A stretch of 54,051 nucleotides of DNA, the filler included, from Asterionella formosa (taxonomy: Eukaryota), in the NCBI GenBank assembly GCA_002256025.1. It is 4 parts of 4 records of this genome, joined end to end, with 100 filler letters (N's around TTAATTAATTAA, not from the genome) between each part and the next. Parts side by side here need not be neighbours in the genome. Positions count along the whole stretch, not along the records: positions 40,631 to 54,051 come from NKIB01006700.1; 3 more parts are not named here. One strand, 5' to 3'. Positions 49,195 to 54,051 of this stretch are shown in pieces. A program made the position numbers and the translations under genes. The notes beneath the pieces were generated by a model. The model made no database searches, was not told the origin of the DNA, and worked only from the letters and a program-made list of their open reading frames with translations. The first letter of the stretch is position 1; each line of letters begins with the position of its first letter.

Positions 49195-49640
49195 TTCTGA
49201 AAGTACCAGTTTCAATGCACTCCTCCTCATATCTTGGTGTGCAGCTTGCTTGTCCTTGTATTTTGTCCCAAAAAACCTTGACTCATTCACTCTTTGCAAG
49301 TCTTGTTCAGTAATTTGTAATCCAAAACCGAGTTCCCAAGACTGAAAGACAGGTCCAAAACCGAATTCCCATATTGAAAGGCAGGTATCATGATTCCCAT
49401 TCCATCATGCATCTTTGGGGACAACATAGGTCTCCTTGTTGGCTGGGTCCATACCACCAGCACTGGTTCCCTAATATTGTGAATGGTTTTAATATACACT
49501 CATCATTCCCAAAAATTATTAACAGCTTGGCTCCTCTTGGAAATCGTATGCTTAGGTCCCCTCCAAATAGTGCTTCTTTCAGCTTATGTGGATCAACAGT
49601 GCCAACATGGTATTCAACAAAATTGCCATCCTTATAGTAC
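49195..49640 (-). mobile_element. DDE transposase-like remnant (possibly IS630/Tc1-related)
   Basis: Minus strand, across frameshifts: VEYHVG..FGGDLSIRFPRGAKLLIIFGNDECI..WYGP..LSPK..DGMGIMIPAFQ..ELGFGLQITEQDLQRVNESR. The hydrophobic strand + DE and PK..G.GxM pattern fits the first catalytic region. Confidence 0.5.
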
Positions 49641-51316
49641 CCTGAACCCCTGCCTTGTTACCTCACCCTTCTCTTCCATGGCAGCTGCTGCTGTAATAAC
49701 TATTTCTGATGAAACATCAGGTTCCCTAGCAATAATAATCTACTTTCTGCTTCTTTGCCTTCTCTTCTTGTTGTTCACTCCTTGCTTGTCCTTCTCCTTT
49801 TCCTTCAATTCAATTCGTCTCCTAGACCAGTCATGGCAATTTTACTATTTTAATCAAAGTCAGAAAAGTATCAATTAATCAAGCTGTCATGTTAAAATTT
49901 TAATTGAACGATTACACCAGATGATACGATCATTGTAATAAAATAGCAAAGAAGTGATTTCAATAGGTCATGGCAGTATATAGTACTTTTTTCTAGATAA
50001 TGTATATAAAATTTTTTTATATCTTCTCTCTTGCAAAAGGCAACAATTTTTTTCGTCAATAACCCAGAATATCCTTCTTTCAGATTGAGAATTTCAGAAG
50101 TTACATTCGAATTGGTTGTGGTTCCGGCAAGAGATGAATTGAGTTGAGTGCTTGTGCTAAATGTATGTATTTCCGCAGTGACCAGAAGGTTATAGTAGAG
50201 AGGCCCTCACCCTCGTTCTAAGACTACTTTTCTATTTGTTCTTTTATTTGCAAAGCTTTTTTCCCAGGAAGTTGAGGAAACAAGGGCAACAAAATCAGAT
50301 TTCTCAATAGCAAACGGCAAATCATATTCAGTCTTTTTGGTAAGTAGGTCTCGGCTTTGCAACTGTAATTTCCATTTTGAAACTTTTATTCTGCTACGAC
50401 GAATCTCCAACTTGCCAGTAGGAGGTTCCATAAGGGACACTTATACACACACTCCATGGAGTCAAAGGACTGTTGATATATTCAAGAAAGGAGCAATCAA
50501 ATTGGGAGCAATGTCCATCTAGGTTGAGGAAAGGGTTTATTCAGACACTGCGGTCAAACAATTCCAAAGAATCCATTTGAGCCAACATTCTCACCAACAG
50601 TATGGTAGTAATGCTTCCTGATCCCAAACAACAGAACAAAGTGGGCACATAATTTCCACATAAAGCACACAGGTCTATATCGCTTTCCTTTGCCAATTGA
50701 CCTATGGTACAGTATGTACCACGACGCTAGATCTACTATATCATTAGATGGTATAAGTCCTAGTATATAACGTTAACTTTATAGGCTCTTCTATACAGAC
50801 CATATAGGTACTTGTTTACTCTCACTGTAGAGATTTACACAATACACACTGTGTATGTATACCACGTCAACCATAAGTGAAAGGTGTACCCTTTTACATT
50901 ATGCACACAACTACCATGGAACCCATACGTAGTACATAATATATATGTACACAAGAGTGATCATGATTAGTACGTGATGCTATACACACGGTTACTATGT
51001 ACCCGCAGCTATATGTTACATGATAACTATTGGTACAGATGTATCTCTAGAATAGACGTACCAATGCTAGGCTAAAACATAACACCTAGCATGGACTCTT
51101 GACACCTAGTAGTACATGCTGCCCTTCTCATCAAGACCCTTGTGAGTCCCCTTGGACTAGGAGCTAATATAGATACACTAAACATTAAGCTCATAATTAC
51201 CCAGAACCTACTTGTTGAATCCTGACAACCGTAGGGCACCAATGTTTAGGTTAAAGCAGCGCTCATTGCCATGCATGCCATTCCACAAATGCCACTCTTC
51301 CCGGAGAAAAGGTTAC

Positions 51317-51358
51317 TTTTAACGGTTTCATGTGAAGTTTTAACGGTTTCATGTGAAG
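51317..51358. repeat. Perfect 21-bp tandem duplication
   Basis: TTTTAACGGTTTCATGTGAAG x2; the core GGTTTCATGTGA recurs near 51592. Confidence 0.9.
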
Positions 51359-51838
51359 ATTTCACAAAAAACTTTGAACTTGAGACTGAAATAGTTGATG
51401 TTTCAAATAATTCATTTCAAAGTTCAACTAAGACCCTGCTCTTGTGGCTATTTCATTTATGACATGCATCTTCCTTTGTGAAATAGTAAGGATATTTTTG
51501 GTGTCTTAATTCATGCTACCAGGTACAGTTTATGGCTGTGCACTTCACGTAAATAATTTTTACTGTTTTGCTGAACAAGATTACTTATCGTGGTTTCATG
51601 TGATGGCTGGTTCACAATCAATCATACAGTTATTTCCAAGGCAGGACTAGTTGATGTTACGACTAAACATTTTAAAAGTTCAAGATAAATTTTTTTTAGA
51701 GGATAAATCATTGCGAAAGACGACTTCACTACAAATTGTTTGATTGCAATCTGCCCTGAATTGATTGAGAAAAACGGAGCGAAATGGATCTCGAGAAAAA
51801 TCGCGACATGATTTGTGAGGATGCAAGCAACAACCAAC

Positions 51839-52267
51839 TGTGAGAATACGGTTTTCTTTTGGGCACATGCACAGCTCCTATGGTATGGTCAGCGGTATTC
51901 TCCGGGTTCCGATCGATCTGTGGTGTTTTGACAGTCATTGCTTCATTATTTGATTCAAATTCATTTCTTTCGACTGGGTGCGTTTTTATTTAGGTTGGAT
52001 CAGATACCGTCTGATCCGTTGCAATGCCAACCATCTTATTTCAAAGTATATGATGTATCTTCATGCTGCGGACCTGGGCAATGTTCATCCTTGCATTCAA
52101 GATTGAGATTTGCAGTTGAATGGATTTTTCGACTCTATTCTCGCCATCATTGCGGTTATTTGCATGTTCCGTTTTTGCGTTGGATGGCATTGGCGATGGC
52201 CGTTTTGCTTTGTGGAGCCGTTGAACGATGGCTACCGGTTCAGCAACAATAGTTTATAGATCTCACA
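51839..52267 (+). repeat. Probable 5' LTR of the second Copia element (429 bp)
   Basis: Bounded by a perfect 7-bp inverted repeat TGTGAGA...TCTCACA, about 200 bp upstream of gag. Confidence 0.6.
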
Positions 52268-52471
52268 ATAATAATAAGAAAGGTACAACTTGATCAACTT
52301 CATTTGTTCGCTCACTATAGTTATTTTCGATAATTGTTGTATTGCCTACACCAGCTTTGCATTGCAATTCCCACACGCTTCCCCTGCGCTAACTGAGACA
52401 TACGTCTCTCCAGACAAACGTCTATCATTTCACGACGATCCCGTCGCATTCAAGGACATCCACCTGGTACC

Positions 52472-53506
52472 ATGACCGCTGTTGCTCCTCCACTTTTCGT
52501 CTTTGCATTGACTCCAGCTCTTGCAAATCCTGACCCTGTCGATTATGCAACAAGCGAAGGCATGAAGCTTTACAAGTTGGCAACTGAGAGGTTGACTCAC
52601 AGCTTTGATGTTGAGACTGGAAGTCTACGCCTTTTCCTTCAAGCTCTACAGCAGAGGGCCGATTCCTTTGAATGGGCAAGTGTTCTGATGGTGCCTGATG
52701 TCAATGGGGTGCCAAGAAACCTGATCACTGAGTATGGTCGGGTGACCATGACAGACGTCACCAACCATGCATTGACTCATGTCCACAATCAAACCAGAAT
52801 GGCTCAAAATAGCGCTCAGCTCTTTACTTGCGTCTATGACTCTTTGTCGCTTGAAGCCCTAGTACTCAAGATTTCTACAGATTCATCCGCCTACCGCCTT
52901 ACATCTGCGGTTAACCCAAACTTTGTTGTTGCCAGTGGGGCATGCTTCCTGAAGCTTTTGATTACACGTTGTACAGTGGACACTAGATCAACGGTTGCTA
53001 CCATCAGGCGAACCCTGAACAACTTAGATGTGTACATGGGATCTGTCAAGGGAGATATCGAAAAGTTTAATTTGCATGTTCGAGTTCAGCGTGATGCTCT
53101 ACTCTCCCATGGAGAAACATCGTCTGATCTCCTCACCAACCTGTTTACAGCTTATGATGCAGTAGAAGATAAGGTCATTCACGACTATATGGTTGGCCAG
53201 CAAGACCAATATAATGATGGTCGAATCGATTTCGATGTGGATTCCCTTATGGACCTGGCTCTGAACAAGTACAAGATGCTGATCGAATCGAGCAAGTGGA
53301 ATCTTCCTGATGCACGAGATCCAAAAGTGGATGCTCAAATCATAGCTTTGACTGCAAAGTTGGAGTATTTTAAGAAAACCAACAAGGATGCTGCGGCTGA
53401 AAAGAAAGAGAAAGCCCGCAAAGCAAAGGTGGCAAAGAAATGGGCCTGGAAACTGGTTCCCCCAGCTGAGGGAGATGCAAAATCCAAAATCTTTGATTCA
53501 AGGTGA
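52472..53506 (+). mobile_element. Ty1/Copia (CoDi-like) gag ORF, 3'-truncated, no pol
   Basis: FALTPA..VDYATSEGMKLYKLAT, NLITEYG, RMAQNS, DIEKFN, LTNLFTAY and WAWKLVPP are recalled as diatom Copia Gag motifs. It stops before the expected knuckle and is followed by unrelated sequence. Confidence 0.8.
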
Positions 53507-54051
53507 GCTTAATCTTCAGTTTTCATAATTGTATCAGCAAAGCGAGCGAGAAATCACATGGTTCTGTTATTGTTATCTACATTTATTTTACATTGTAGCC
53601 GTCCTTCACAACAGGAGCATTCTCTTCAACGCATCAGTGAGTTGTGGTGCTGCCTGGCTGATGCCATTTTGTTGTTTCAATTCGACTACCCCGAGAAACA
53701 CTTGAATACTACCGCATCTGTGTGTTGCTTTCTGCTGTTGCTAGTTCTATCATATAAATTACTGACACACTGTTGTTATGAAAATCTCTGCAGGTCAATG
53801 AAGAATTCATTTCAAGTACAAGAAGGAAATCAGTGTGTGAGGATGCATTCATGTTGCAACTTTGTAGAATGATGCCTGTTCAAGAGTGAATAATTTCCCC
53901 CTTCTGAATGAATGGCTTCTCCTTGTCTTGCAATGTCCTTACAGATGTCTCATAATGCCTGCCTTCTCAAGACTGAAGATTCCATTCTGATAGAACAGCT
54001 TTGTTTGATTGCATATCGAGATTTGTTTCCCATGTAATGTGAAATACCAGT

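Noticed and set aside
48904..49345. Poly-Cys, poly-Leu and poly-Val ORFs
   Set aside because: Translations of the TTG/TTA microsatellite.

Overview
Eukaryotic genomic DNA, most likely from a diatom. Evidence: short GT-AG introns, signal peptide + 'xAFAP/ASAF' plastid presequences, CoDi-type Copia elements and HA-domain proteins. It is not one continuous sequence. Three 100-nt artificial spacers (N44-TTAATTAATTAA-N44 at 13446, 26990, 40531) join separate contigs, and there are two further N gaps. About 13 host genes can be modelled, several needing splicing: a plastid-targeted thioredoxin/cNMP-binding/EF-hand fusion, an 865-aa repeat protein, a small secreted protein, an ASH2/TRO-like SPRY protein, a PPR protein (partial), plastid ClpP, a membrane-anchored SGNH hydrolase, a GST, an HA-domain protein, a CaMK-like kinase with EF-hand and cNMP domains, a plastid ABC1 kinase, a 79-aa membrane protein and a sulfatase (partial). 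The rest is decayed mobile DNA: two Copia elements, a Gypsy-like gag, a PIF/Harbinger remnant, another DDE transposase remnant, two related tRNA-like (SINE-like) heads, an AspRS pseudogene fragment and a broken 2OG-Fe(II) oxygenase-like ORF. Best leads: the redox/cyclic-nucleotide/Ca2+ fusion protein predicted in the plastid, the Ca2+/cNMP kinase, a GGTACCW motif that clusters upstream of most gene starts, and the tRNA-like family. All calls come from reading motifs by eye; no database searches were run.
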